Shown in pieces: positions 1 through 8,901 of a stretch of 64,000 bases of DNA. Numbering within the stretch: position 1 is the first letter of the stretch; each line of letters begins with the position of its first letter. The DNA is taken from the NCBI GenBank assembly GCA_050252455.1, contig JBFWKW010000002.1:43063-107062 (forward strand). The letters run 5' to 3'. The position numbers and the translations under genes were made by a program. The DNA is from Campylobacterales bacterium (GTDB lineage Bacteria > Campylobacterota > Campylobacteria > Campylobacterales > UBA6016). The notes below the pieces were generated by a model, which worked only from the letters and a program-made list of their open reading frames with translations, made no database searches and was not told the DNA's origin.

Positions 1-304
1 AACTTATATTCGGCGCCATGTTTTGAGCGTAGTAGTGAAAGTCGTTTGTGATAATGCCGAGATGCCTCTTGAGTTCAAAGATACTCCAACGCTCCTCGCC
101 AAACATCTTTTTGGACGAACCCTCTCGCACTCTCGGATATATATCGTTTGAAAAAAGTTTTATAAGGGTGGACTTGCCGCTACCGTTTGCCCCTAGTATC
201 GCCGTGTGTTCTAGCTCCTCGATATCCAGGCTGACGCCGTGCAATACGTCGCCCTCGCCGTAACTCACAAAAAGATTTTTAAATTCCGCTATTTTAGATG
301 ACAT
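1..304 (-). CDS. ABC transporter ATP-binding protein, N-terminal part (gene runs off the left edge)
   Basis: Own translation of minus strand from ATG at 304-302: MSSKIAEFKNLFVSYGEGDVLHGVSLDIEELEHTAILGANGSGKSTLIKLF... with Walker A GANGSGKST. Absent from ORF track because no stop in window. The listed + ORF 48..263 is its shadow. Confidence 0.7.
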   Translation of the reverse strand, partial: MSSKIAEFKNLFVSYGEGDVLHGVSLDIEELEHTAILGANGSGKSTLIKLFSNDIYPRVREGSSKKMFGEERWSIFELKRHLGIITNDFHYYAQNMAPNIS

Positions 305-1235
305 CTATTTTCCCAATCTCCATAATCTCGCCTATATCAAGCTCTCTAAGCTCCCCGCCGAGGCTTCCGTCTTTTGCGGCGTCCGTAGCAATTTTTATAC
401 CTTCTCCAGGCGGCTCGTCGGACAATACAAAAGTGCCGTAATGCATAGGGACAAACACTTTACCGCCAAGGTCTCTAAACGCCTGCATGGACTCTTGCGG
501 GTTCATATGGCTATGCTTCATGATAAAGTCCGGCTTATAAGCGCCGAGAGGCATAATGCAAATATCCATCTCGCCGTACTCTTCTCTTATCTTCGCAAAA
601 TGGGTGTTGTAGCCGCTATCGCCGCAAAAATATATCTGTTTGCCGCCATGACGAATCAAAAAGCTACCCCAAAGCGCCCTATTTTTGTCAAAACCGTATC
701 TGCTATGCCAATGATATGATGGCAAAAAGATTATCCCGACATCGCCCACCCTAAAGCTTTGATGCCACTCCATCTCAACACATTTTAGCTCTAACTTTTT
801 GGCGTACCTTGCAAGACCTAACGGCATAAGAGTCGTATGTCCGTTGCCGCCTAGAGCCTTTATCGTGCGGGCGTCAAAATGGTCATAATGTCCGTGCGAC
901 ACAAGAAGCAAATCCGGCTCAATCTCATTTATCCCAAACGGGAGTTTCGTCCGTCTTTTGATGGTTGGCGGACTCGTCAGACACGGGTCAAGTAGCAGCC
1001 TTTTGCCGCCAAGGTCGATGATAAAGCTAGCATGCCCAAGCCAAATGAGCTTATCCGTGCCCTTACCTGGAGCCGCCGACTCTATAACCCTTGGAACAAA
1101 CGTATCGTTTTGAAGCTCTTGTTTTTGCGGATTTTTGTACGCAAATCTCCATTTTAATATACGGATAAAACTATGATGTTTGGCTGCGTCGTATTCATTG
1201 GTAAAGTACTCGCATTTTTGTTTTTTGTTTTTCAT
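294..1235 (-). CDS. MBL-fold metallo-hydrolase (Zn-dependent hydrolase, NAPE-PLD-like)
   Basis: 313 aa. HxHxDH zinc motif in LLLVSHGHYDHFD. Further His/Asp-containing blocks (YHWHS, CGDSGY, PMHYGTF). Confidence 0.8.
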   Translation of the reverse strand: MKNKKQKCEYFTNEYDAAKHHSFIRILKWRFAYKNPQKQELQNDTFVPRVIESAAPGKGTDKLIWLGHASFIIDLGGKRLLLDPCLTSPPTIKRRTKLPFGINEIEPDLLLVSHGHYDHFDARTIKALGGNGHTTLMPLGLARYAKKLELKCVEMEWHQSFRVGDVGIIFLPSYHWHSRYGFDKNRALWGSFLIRHGGKQIYFCGDSGYNTHFAKIREEYGEMDICIMPLGAYKPDFIMKHSHMNPQESMQAFRDLGGKVFVPMHYGTFVLSDEPPGEGIKIATDAAKDGSLGGELRELDIGEIMEIGKIDVI

Positions 1236-1271
1236 GACGAGTAGGATAGAACAATGAATATAAAACTGTGT

Positions 1272-2072
1272 TTACTCCAGCGCATCCTTCACGGCTTCGA
1301 TAACCGCATCAGGCCTCTCAAACGGCACGGCATGTCCGCTATCCACCCAAATCTGCTTTGAATTGGGATATAAATTTGCTATATCTTTTCTTAGCTTATT
1401 GGCATAGTCGGCGAGTTTTGAGCTATCCTTCATCGGCTTTGAAGCACTAAGGACGATAACTTTCTTCTCAAAAGTCGGCAACGCCAAAATATCTTTGCCG
1501 CTTTTTGAGATAAGTGCAAACTCCTTTTTGCCTATATCTGTCAGAGCAATATTAAAAAACACAAACCGAAACCATGCCGGCCAATTATCCGGCGAACCGT
1601 CACCGTCAAATTGCCTCGGATGCGTAGAATCGACCAATATGAGCGCTTTTACCTCGTTTGGATAACGCCTCGCAAAGTGTTGCATATACAGCCCGCCCAC
1701 AGAGTGTCCAACCACTATGTACGGCGGCTTCAGACCTTTTGCCGCTAGAAGTTCTTTGAGCTCTAAAGTAATATGTTCGCTATCTCTTGGGGTTGTGGCG
1801 GCGTCACTGTTGCCGTATTCCGGGCGGTTGTAGGCAAATACGGTTGCTTTTTTGGAGAGTTCTGGAATTACCTTTGCCCACCACTCCATCTTGCCGTCAA
1901 GCCCGTTTTCAAACACGATTGTCTCGGACGAAGCGTTATTTTCAAGGAGAAAATACTCTATTTTCACGCCGCTATTTGTTTGGTAAATATCTGTTTTGCC
2001 AAGCGTTGCGCAACCTGAAAAAGCAAAAACAAGCAGACAAACGCAAAATAATTTAGCTATACGGAGTTTCAT
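1272..2072 (-). CDS. alpha/beta-hydrolase lipoprotein
   Basis: 266 aa. Signal peptide with lipobox LVFAFSGC. Nucleophile elbow GHSVGG. C-terminal DSGH consistent with catalytic His. Confidence 0.75.
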   Translation of the reverse strand: MKLRIAKLFCVCLLVFAFSGCATLGKTDIYQTNSGVKIEYFLLENNASSETIVFENGLDGKMEWWAKVIPELSKKATVFAYNRPEYGNSDAATTPRDSEHITLELKELLAAKGLKPPYIVVGHSVGGLYMQHFARRYPNEVKALILVDSTHPRQFDGDGSPDNWPAWFRFVFFNIALTDIGKKEFALISKSGKDILALPTFEKKVIVLSASKPMKDSSKLADYANKLRKDIANLYPNSKQIWVDSGHAVPFERPDAVIEAVKDALE

Positions 2073-2077
2073 TTGCT

Positions 2078-2734
2078 TTATTTGACACTTTTATCTTTTA
2101 GCGGATTTTTGTCATAAAAAGGTTTTCCCGCTAAACATTTTTTGAGCTCCTCTTTTGCCCTCTTGCCCCCATGCCACTCGATATCCCCAATATTTTTGCC
2201 GTCATACTCCAAATAAAAATCCATCTTCTCTTCCATCGCATCCATCGCCGCTTCGATAGTCGGCACGGCAAACACTATTACCGGATTTTGTGATTCGCCG
2301 AGCGTATAATTGAAAGCCTTTAGTGTTTGAGGTGCATCTTTGCCTTGTTTTAGCGTCACCGTCACTTTTGATGAGCTCTTTGATGCCGGAAATGCGGTGT
2401 TTTTGTCATCCAGATTGCCAAACATCATCAAAGCGCCCTTGTAATCACCTCCGGGACCCAGTATCGACACACTCATCCCTTCTTTGGCAAACATAGCGGT
2501 GCAATACTCCCCTTTTTTCGCCTTGGAGCTAGCATGAAAAAACTGCCAATACCCCTCTTTATAATACTTGCCGTATTTGCTCTTTGTAAACCCTTTGTTC
2601 CCTTTTTCATGTTCTTTTTTTGCATTTAGCTCTTTTTTGTTCGTATCCATCACGCTTCCCAAAACATCAAACGCCTCCTCGCCGGCAAAAACACACTGAA
2701 ACACCAACACAACCGCCAAAATAGCCTTTTTCAT
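2078..2734 (-). CDS. secreted protein of unknown function
   Basis: 218 aa. N-terminal signal peptide MKKAILAVVLVFQCVFAG. No motif I recognise. Confidence 0.6.
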   Translation of the reverse strand: MKKAILAVVLVFQCVFAGEEAFDVLGSVMDTNKKELNAKKEHEKGNKGFTKSKYGKYYKEGYWQFFHASSKAKKGEYCTAMFAKEGMSVSILGPGGDYKGALMMFGNLDDKNTAFPASKSSSKVTVTLKQGKDAPQTLKAFNYTLGESQNPVIVFAVPTIEAAMDAMEEKMDFYLEYDGKNIGDIEWHGGKRAKEELKKCLAGKPFYDKNPLKDKSVK

Positions 2735-2745
2735 ACTTCCCCCTA

Positions 2746-3942
2746 TTATTTGGATGCTTCTCGTGCAAGGTCCTCACACAATGCCCTTGTTCTACCTAGC
2801 CCATCGCCCTCGTAGTTTGAGCGTACCAATATATCTTCTACTCGCCACTCGCCGTCTTTGTCTTGTTTTGTCAGAAATTCCACAAAACACTCCGCATAAC
2901 CGCCCATTTCGCCGCCGACAACTGCACCGTTGCCGCCTATTACGGTAACTCCCGGTTTTTCCCAGTATTTCATATAACGCAAAAATCTGCTATCACCCGC
3001 TTGATTAAATGCCGGATTTCCCATGACATTGACAAGCTCTTTTTCAGCTCGCCCTTTCCAAAGTATCATTAGGTTTGACTCGATAGGCGTTAGCTTCGTG
3101 CCGTCCGCTCTTTTGCCGCTGCTTTTATGGGCTGCCATTTGCGCCTGAGACTTCTTGATTCCAGCCATTAGGCTTTGTTTTGCGGCTTCGATTTGTGGTT
3201 GCATCTGCTTTTGCATCTCTTCCATTTTTTTGATTGCCGCCTCTTTTTCGGCTTTGCTTACCCTCTTTTTCCATTTGCCGCTAGGATCCGGGCGCTCTCC
3301 GGCAAAAAGCTTCTCCCACCAAAACTGATGCCACGCAAAATCCAAAAACTCAGGCGGTAATGTCTGACCGATGAGCATCATATCGGATGGGAGTCCCAAC
3401 TTGCTTATGCGCTCACCGAAACCGTCAAAATCAAAATCACTGCCCTTAATGGAACCGTGCAAAGCTTTGTCTATCTCAATATCGTTACAAGCAATAGCTC
3501 CCGCTTTTGAGAGCATCGGAGCACTTGACGTTTTCCAATCGCTCACGGCTATGGACTCAGACTTTAGATCAGAGCGACGAAGCTTGTAGCTCCCTTTGCC
3601 TATGCGAAATTTGACACTATCTCCAGCTTTTACTTTTTTGATATTTTCATTTAGCTTGTGCGTTTTCATATCAATAGAAAAGGCGTTTGGGCACTCAAAC
3701 TGAAGCTTCATATGGACGAACTCCGGCTTGTTCGGATTTTCGTACACCGCCGTAACATCTATCTCTTTTATCTCCGTGGGCCCACCCAGCTTATCGGCAG
3801 GCGTTCTAGTGGAAATGACACGCAAATCGGCAAAATAAATCTCCCTATCATCCACCTCGCCTTGATAGTGAAGCACAGCTCCAAAACCGAACGCATACGT
3901 CTGCAACATCAGAGCAAAAGCCATACTATATATTTTTCGCAT
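2746..3942 (-). CDS. secreted protein of unknown function with K/E/Q-rich coiled-coil-like centre
   Basis: 398 aa. Hydrophobic N-terminus MRKIYSMAFALMLQTYAFG. Central segment KAEKEAAIKKMEEMQKQMQPQIEAAKQSL. No catalytic motif recognised. Confidence 0.6.
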   Translation of the reverse strand: MRKIYSMAFALMLQTYAFGFGAVLHYQGEVDDREIYFADLRVISTRTPADKLGGPTEIKEIDVTAVYENPNKPEFVHMKLQFECPNAFSIDMKTHKLNENIKKVKAGDSVKFRIGKGSYKLRRSDLKSESIAVSDWKTSSAPMLSKAGAIACNDIEIDKALHGSIKGSDFDFDGFGERISKLGLPSDMMLIGQTLPPEFLDFAWHQFWWEKLFAGERPDPSGKWKKRVSKAEKEAAIKKMEEMQKQMQPQIEAAKQSLMAGIKKSQAQMAAHKSSGKRADGTKLTPIESNLMILWKGRAEKELVNVMGNPAFNQAGDSRFLRYMKYWEKPGVTVIGGNGAVVGGEMGGYAECFVEFLTKQDKDGEWRVEDILVRSNYEGDGLGRTRALCEDLAREASK

Positions 3943-3993
3943 GCCGCACCCTTGTGTTTTTATGCTGAGTGTAACAAAGAGACCGTAAAATAT

Positions 3994-4749
3994 CTACTGT
4001 AAGATTTGACAGGTATTTGAAGGGTTGGGCTGGATAATTCCTCTCAGGGTTGCCTTTGCCACGGCGTGTTGACGGTTTGTGACACCTAGTTTTTGAACGA
4101 TGTTGTTTAGGTGAAAATTTACCGTTCGCTCCGAGATGTGCAAGATACTTCCAATCTCCCACGCACTCTTGCCGTCCGCCGCCCATTTGAGACACTCTTT
4201 TTCTCTTTGCGTTAGGGGCTGTCCGTCACCGTCCACAAGCCCGCATATGCGCCTTAGCGCCTCGTGAGTATGGCTAGCAAGCAGCTGAATGTATGGCATA
4301 CTATGGGTCGTAATCTCGTTTGCGTGCGGGGCATCCCTATCGAGAGCAAAAGAGAGCACGCCAAGCTCCCCATGTGGGCTATGTATCGGCATCGTAACAC
4401 CGGATTTGACCCCAAAAGCCCTGGCCTCATTCATCATCGTCTCTTGCATCGACCCATTGTCTATACGAAGATTGCGCCACTCTATAGGGATAATATGCTT
4501 CTTACTATACTCCATCACCGGGTCTATATCGTAAAACGAACGCTCAAAATAGTGATTTACCCAAGAAGCCGGATAGCCGTCGACTATGACGAGCTTTGAG
4601 CTTGCAAAATACTCCGGTACACGCAGCGCATATACGAATGTATCAAATCCAAAAAGATTGCAGTAGTTCTCGCATAGAGCCGTAATCTCTTCTACGCTTT
4701 TGACATTTGAAAACCGCTGTAACCCGTCTTGAAAATCGTCAAGCCTCAT
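3994..4749 (-). CDS. LuxR-family transcriptional regulator with N-terminal autoinducer (AHL)-binding domain; LuxR solo
   Basis: 251 aa. C-terminal LuxR HTH LTQREKECLKWAADGKSAWEIGSILHISERTVNFHLNNIVQKLGV. N-terminal W-x3-Y-x8-DP-x13-W spacing (ASWVNHYFERSFYDIDPVMEYSKKHIIPIEW) matches TraR W57/Y61/D70/P71/W85. Confidence 0.85.
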   Translation of the reverse strand: MRLDDFQDGLQRFSNVKSVEEITALCENYCNLFGFDTFVYALRVPEYFASSKLVIVDGYPASWVNHYFERSFYDIDPVMEYSKKHIIPIEWRNLRIDNGSMQETMMNEARAFGVKSGVTMPIHSPHGELGVLSFALDRDAPHANEITTHSMPYIQLLASHTHEALRRICGLVDGDGQPLTQREKECLKWAADGKSAWEIGSILHISERTVNFHLNNIVQKLGVTNRQHAVAKATLRGIIQPNPSNTCQILQ

Positions 4750-4784
4750 TGTTTTCCCTGAAAAATCTTTATATTTTGCTAGAT

Positions 4785-5219
4785 TTACGCCTTTATATCT
4801 AGCCCAAAGATATTACCCTGTAGTTTTTGCAAAAAGTTCATAGCCTTTGTGTCATAAGCGCTAGCCGTTGTATTGCCTATTGAATTATTAAACGCTATGG
4901 ACTGCTTTAGCATTGAAAAAACATCTACTTTTTCATTTGAAGCGTCAATATTTGAGCCGTCCAAGCTTATTTTTGGACCCATCAACAAAACAAGGGGTGA
5001 AGACTCGTCAAGTGACATTTGTCCACTTTTGATTAGATTATTTACGGTATCAAGGAGCTCACCCCTGCTGATATTTGTAAAATCGTACCTTTTGACTTCA
5101 CTGTCGGCGCCGTCAGAAGCAGATACTTGAGCGTTGTTTGAGCTAGCGGCATTTGAATTGTTTGCCGTTTTCTGCAGAGAAGAGGTGTATAGATAGGAGC
5201 TTGTTTGTGAGATATTCAT
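4785..5219 (-). CDS. small Ser/Asn-rich protein of unknown function
   Basis: ORF 4785..5246. Start moved to the second ATG (MNISQTSSYLYTS...) because AGAGGA lies about 8 nt upstream of it. No signal peptide, low-complexity N-terminus. Confidence 0.5.
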   Translation of the reverse strand: MNISQTSSYLYTSSLQKTANNSNAASSNNAQVSASDGADSEVKRYDFTNISRGELLDTVNNLIKSGQMSLDESSPLVLLMGPKISLDGSNIDASNEKVDVFSMLKQSIAFNNSIGNTTASAYDTKAMNFLQKLQGNIFGLDIKA

Positions 5220-5268
5220 TGCTTTATCCTCTATTTTTTTCGGCATACAAGCAAAAAAAGTTCCCTAG

Positions 5269-5616
5269 CTACAAACTCTCCCGCTGCTTTTTAGTCAATC
5301 CCGCCACAACAAGGTTGTACGAGTGGTCGATTAGCTCTTCAAGCATAAGGGCGTCCACATCCCCGCCAGTTGTCACGGTATTCCAGTGCTTTTTGTCCAT
5401 GTGATACCCATGCGCTACACACTCGTATGTCGAGCGAAGTTCTAGGGCATAAAGCGGGTTGCATTTGAGATTTATCGCTATGGGCTTGTTTTGTTCGTTT
5501 ATGAGCGCAAATATCTTGCCGCACACACGATAAACACGGACATATACATCAAACGGATAGTCGTATGTCGCCCCGTTTTTGGAGAGCAGATAATCGTCGA
5601 CGGCTCTAAAGCTCAC
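5269..5616 (-). CDS. MmcQ/YjbR family DNA-binding protein
   Basis: 115 aa. Family-typical blocks YDYPFD, KIFALI, INLKC.P..A..L and GYHMDKKHWNTV. Confidence 0.8.
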   Translation of the reverse strand: MSFRAVDDYLLSKNGATYDYPFDVYVRVYRVCGKIFALINEQNKPIAINLKCNPLYALELRSTYECVAHGYHMDKKHWNTVTTGGDVDALMLEELIDHSYNLVVAGLTKKQRESL

Positions 5617-5992
5617 TTTGTATTGCCTTTTTACTTCCGATAATGCACAAGACGCCTATTGGAAACAACAATATCCACTGCGGCAAAAGAATAATACTCC
5701 CAGCCTCCAATATACCGACAAGCAAAAATACGGTCGCAAATAGCGTATAGCAAACGCCTATGAACAAGACAAGCTCTCGTGCAATATTCTTTTTTGCCGC
5801 ATAAAACACGGCTACGGAGGAGATGAGCAAAAATATGGAAACCATATGCCACACCGCATACAGCGTTAGCTTCGGCTCCTTGTCTATCGCAGACGACAAA
5901 AGCGGCACAGTTGTGTCAATACCACCCATTATCGCATGCACGCCAAATGTGAAGAACCCGAGCAAAGAAGCGGAAAGTAGATACTTATTCAT
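5606..5992 (-). CDS. small integral membrane protein (about 4 TM)
   Basis: 128 aa, four hydrophobic stretches. Overlaps the downstream gene by 11 nt. Confidence 0.6.
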   Translation of the reverse strand: MNKYLLSASLLGFFTFGVHAIMGGIDTTVPLLSSAIDKEPKLTLYAVWHMVSIFLLISSVAVFYAAKKNIARELVLFIGVCYTLFATVFLLVGILEAGSIILLPQWILLFPIGVLCIIGSKKAIQSEL

Positions 5993-6022
5993 CCAAACAT
6001 CCTTATTTTGAGGTATAAAAAA

Positions 6023-6892
6023 CTAAAAACCAACGGACTTCATAAACTCCTCAACCTTTCTAGTGTATTCGTTGTCAAGCCCGAGTTGTTCATTGATTTC
6101 GCCGTGTTTTAGGGGCTGCGGAATTATCTGCGTTTTTATAGACATACTTTTTGCTTTTTGCTCCAAATGCTCAGCTTCCTTGCATGGTTTGTCAGGGCGC
6201 ACCGTTGAGCATACCATTAGCAGAGGCAGCGACGAAGAGCCTAACCTATAATACGGTGACGCACTCTCCCAGTACGCCCTATCGCTACCGAAAGCCTCAT
6301 CGTAAAATCCGTAGTGCTTTGCGGACATTATGCTTACCACATCCATTGCGGCGCTATCCAGCGACACGGTGCCTAGCCACGGTCTCAGCCCCGCATATTT
6401 GGTGTAGTCTGCCGAAACGAGCGACACCAGATGTGCCCCAGCCGAGTGCCCCATCAAGATTATTTTGTTTGCGTCGCCGCCCCATTCAACGGCGTGAGAC
6501 TGCACATACGCTATCGCGGAGGCAACATCTTCGGCTTGCTTTAGCGGGTCGGCTTCCGGCAACAATCTATAATTGACGGAGACGAATATCGCGCCTTTGC
6601 TTACCCAGCGATTTACTTTATTATTTACCACATTGGACGAGCTTTTATCCCCGATACTCCAAGCCCCGCCGTGCACCATGATGATTATCGGTGCATTTTT
6701 TGGGGCGCTCGGCAGATACACATCAAGGGTCTGTTTTTTGTCTTTTCCATAGGCGACATCCGATAGTTTTTTTGTATCCGACACGGAAGCCTTTTCGGCT
6801 CTTTTTTTGAGCATATCACGGATAAGTCCGGCTTGTGCATCGGCACAAGAAATACAAAATACAAAGGCTATAATTGCCGTAGAAATCCTCAT
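6023..6892 (-). CDS. secreted alpha/beta-hydrolase (esterase/lipase type)
   Basis: 289 aa. Signal peptide. Oxyanion HGGAW motif ([14 protein letters not shown]) and nucleophile elbow GHSAGA. Confidence 0.75.
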   Translation of the reverse strand: MRISTAIIAFVFCISCADAQAGLIRDMLKKRAEKASVSDTKKLSDVAYGKDKKQTLDVYLPSAPKNAPIIIMVHGGAWSIGDKSSSNVVNNKVNRWVSKGAIFVSVNYRLLPEADPLKQAEDVASAIAYVQSHAVEWGGDANKIILMGHSAGAHLVSLVSADYTKYAGLRPWLGTVSLDSAAMDVVSIMSAKHYGFYDEAFGSDRAYWESASPYYRLGSSSLPLLMVCSTVRPDKPCKEAEHLEQKAKSMSIKTQIIPQPLKHGEINEQLGLDNEYTRKVEEFMKSVGF

Positions 6893-7008
6893 ATGGACAA
6901 CCTTTTTATTTTTTGATTCAGATTAACACAAAAATAATCAAAAAAGTGTATATTTATAAGTCAAAGGACAAAGAGTTGGGACTACTAGATAGCAGCAAAA
7001 AACATCCG

Positions 7009-7638
7009 ATGACGCTACCGGACGGCACAGTCATCAAGCAGACAGTCCACCTAAAAGAAGTTATAAACCATCCGCGAATATATGTCGGAGAGTTTTCTTA
7101 TTATCATAATTTTGAAGTCTTGGAAGACTATGCGTCGTATTTGGCGCCATACCTATTTCCTCTTAGTAAAGACTCTCTATTTATCGGGAAATTTGTACAG
7201 ATTGCGCACGGCGTGAGGTTTATCACAAGTAGCGCAAATCACAAGATGAGCGGGTTTTCTACATATCCGTTCAATACTTTTATGATGACCTCCGAGACGA
7301 CCAGCGAGGACATAACCGCAATGTTTGAAGATGCAGCAAATATGGGCGATACCATGGTGGGCAATGATGTGTGGATAGGTATGGACGCCACCGTAATGCC
7401 GGGCGTCAAGATAGGGGACGGCGCCATCATAGGAGCGAAGTCGGTGGTGACAAAAGATGTAGAGCCCTACACCGTTGTGGCCGGCAATCCCGCAAAGGTC
7501 GTCAAAAAACGCTTTGGCGATGCAACAATCAAAGTGCTACTAGATATCAAATGGTGGGATTGGCCGATTGCAAAAATAGAGCGAAATATAGATGTGATTG
7601 TCGGAGCAGATATGGACGCACTAATTAACGCCAAATAA
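7009..7638 (+). CDS. Vat-family (streptogramin A / xenobiotic) O-acetyltransferase, hexapeptide-repeat protein
   Basis: Hexapeptide repeats [31 protein letters not shown]-terminal half [12 protein letters not shown]...[15 protein letters not shown] is typical of Vat/CatB-like enzymes. Start moved from TTG 6913 to in-frame ATG 7009, giving about 209 aa. Confidence 0.75.
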   Translation: MTLPDGTVIKQTVHLKEVINHPRIYVGEFSYYHNFEVLEDYASYLAPYLFPLSKDSLFIGKFVQIAHGVRFITSSANHKMSGFSTYPFNTFMMTSETTSEDITAMFEDAANMGDTMVGNDVWIGMDATVMPGVKIGDGAIIGAKSVVTKDVEPYTVVAGNPAKVVKKRFGDATIKVLLDIKWWDWPIAKIERNIDVIVGADMDALINAK

Positions 7639-7657
7639 GCCGCCACTTTGGCAGTGG

Positions 7658-8044
7658 TCAGGAAACACTTTCCAAACAGCAAACCGACAAAAACAAGCAA
7701 AGCGGCGAATAAAGAAGCGTATCCATGCGAGCAAATTCTGAGTTTTTGTGTTTTTTGAACATCCCTGCGTAGTTGAAATCACCGACGAAACGGGCAAAAA
7801 AGATGAGAGCAAATATTCCGCTTATAGTCTTTGCTGCCACCCCGTCTGACACCATCGCCCATGTAAGCACCGATAATGCAGCCACAACCGCAAAAGTAGC
7901 AATCTTCCCAGGAATAAACATCGGCATACCGTCATCACTAGTCGGCACTGCCTTGTCTATCAAAAACTTCCCACCAAAACCCCAATAAGCATGCAAAAGC
8001 GCAATGCACAAAACTATGAATGCACCAATGCTAGATAGTATCAT
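7658..8044 (-). CDS. DUF3995-like membrane protein
   Basis: ORF 7658..8095 trimmed to the internal ATG (MILSSIGAFIV...) to avoid overlap with the upstream gene. LHAYWGFGG block. About 4 TM. Confidence 0.55.
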   Translation of the reverse strand: MILSSIGAFIVLCIALLHAYWGFGGKFLIDKAVPTSDDGMPMFIPGKIATFAVVAALSVLTWAMVSDGVAAKTISGIFALIFFARFVGDFNYAGMFKKHKNSEFARMDTLLYSPLCLFLSVCCLESVS

Positions 8045-8058
8045 TTTTGCTCCAATCG

Positions 8059-8901
8059 TTACTTTTTCCTCACCGACTCCACCCATTCGCCCCACAGCAT
8101 CTCTATACTTTTGCCATAGGAATCGTAGATTGACTTGTGCAAATCTTTGCTATTTTTGAGATTTTTTAGCGTCGCCGCAAACGCCTTCTCGTTATACTCT
8201 CTCAAAAATCTTACAAACATCTCGGATTGGCGGTAGTACATACTCCATGATATATCGTATTTTTTTGATAGGTCTCCGCCAAAAAACAACCTGCAACTGC
8301 TCACATCGGAAGGCTCAAAGACTTTTTTGTTTTTGATTGACTTTATAGCCTCGTCTACGCTCACCGTCTCAGCGCCGCCACCGTTTGAGGTAAGCACCGC
8401 AAGCCCCTCTTCCCACCATCTAGGCATACACCTTACGCCGTTTTCATACCAGATTGCATGCGACAACTCATGCGTAAAAACCGTCTCCACTCTGTTTTCT
8501 GCTATTAACTTGCGCCCATTTAGGATAATGTCGCCGCTGTAGTGTGTCTCCGCTCCAGCCCCCGTGACTACGGCATATTTGTCATAACACTCTTTTGTTA
8601 CGCACAAAAATATCGCATGTTCATTGCGAAATTCAAAGCCGTGCGTCGTCTCAATCTGCTTTTTATCTTTTTCGTATATCTTTACGACTTTATCGGCAAA
8701 CTCGCTTCCATTTTTTTCAAAATATATATTTTTCATCTCTTTGTGCTGTGAAAAATCCTCTTTCGGCAATCCGTCAAGCACATAATACATCTTTTGCGGA
8801 CTAAAGGTGCAACCTGAAAAACACACGCAAGTCAAAACGCCGACAAATAACAGCCTAAGCACTTTGCTGCTCGACACTATCTTTTGCCTTTGCAAAAACA
8901 C
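8059..8901 (-). CDS. lipoprotein with HExxH zinc-metalloprotease-like motif
   Basis: 280 aa. Lipobox VCFSGC. HELSH in VFTHELSHAIWYENG. Start is GTG 8901 or GTG 8877, the latter as a TAGTG stop/start overlap with tag. Confidence 0.55.
   Translation of the reverse strand: MFLQRQKIVSSSKVLRLLFVGVLTCVCFSGCTFSPQKMYYVLDGLPKEDFSQHKEMKNIYFEKNGSEFADKVVKIYEKDKKQIETTHGFEFRNEHAIFLCVTKECYDKYAVVTGAGAETHYSGDIILNGRKLIAENRVETVFTHELSHAIWYENGVRCMPRWWEEGLAVLTSNGGGAETVSVDEAIKSIKNKKVFEPSDVSSCRLFFGGDLSKKYDISWSMYYRQSEMFVRFLREYNEKAFAATLKNLKNSKDLHKSIYDSYGKSIEMLWGEWVESVRKK

Noticed and set aside
48-263. 71-aa plus-strand ORF at the left edge
   Set aside because: The opposite strand encodes a clear ABC ATPase N-terminus with a Walker A motif. 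The plus ORF is its antisense shadow.
3926-4195. 89-aa minus-strand ORF overlapping the LuxR 3' region
   Set aside because: It is an alternative frame overlapping the LuxR HTH coding region, and is Arg/Lys/His-rich with no motif.
6913-7008. N-terminal 32-aa extension (TTG start) of the Vat-like ORF
   Set aside because: The extension is a K/I-rich translation of AT-rich promoter DNA. ATG 7009 gives the length typical of Vat enzymes.
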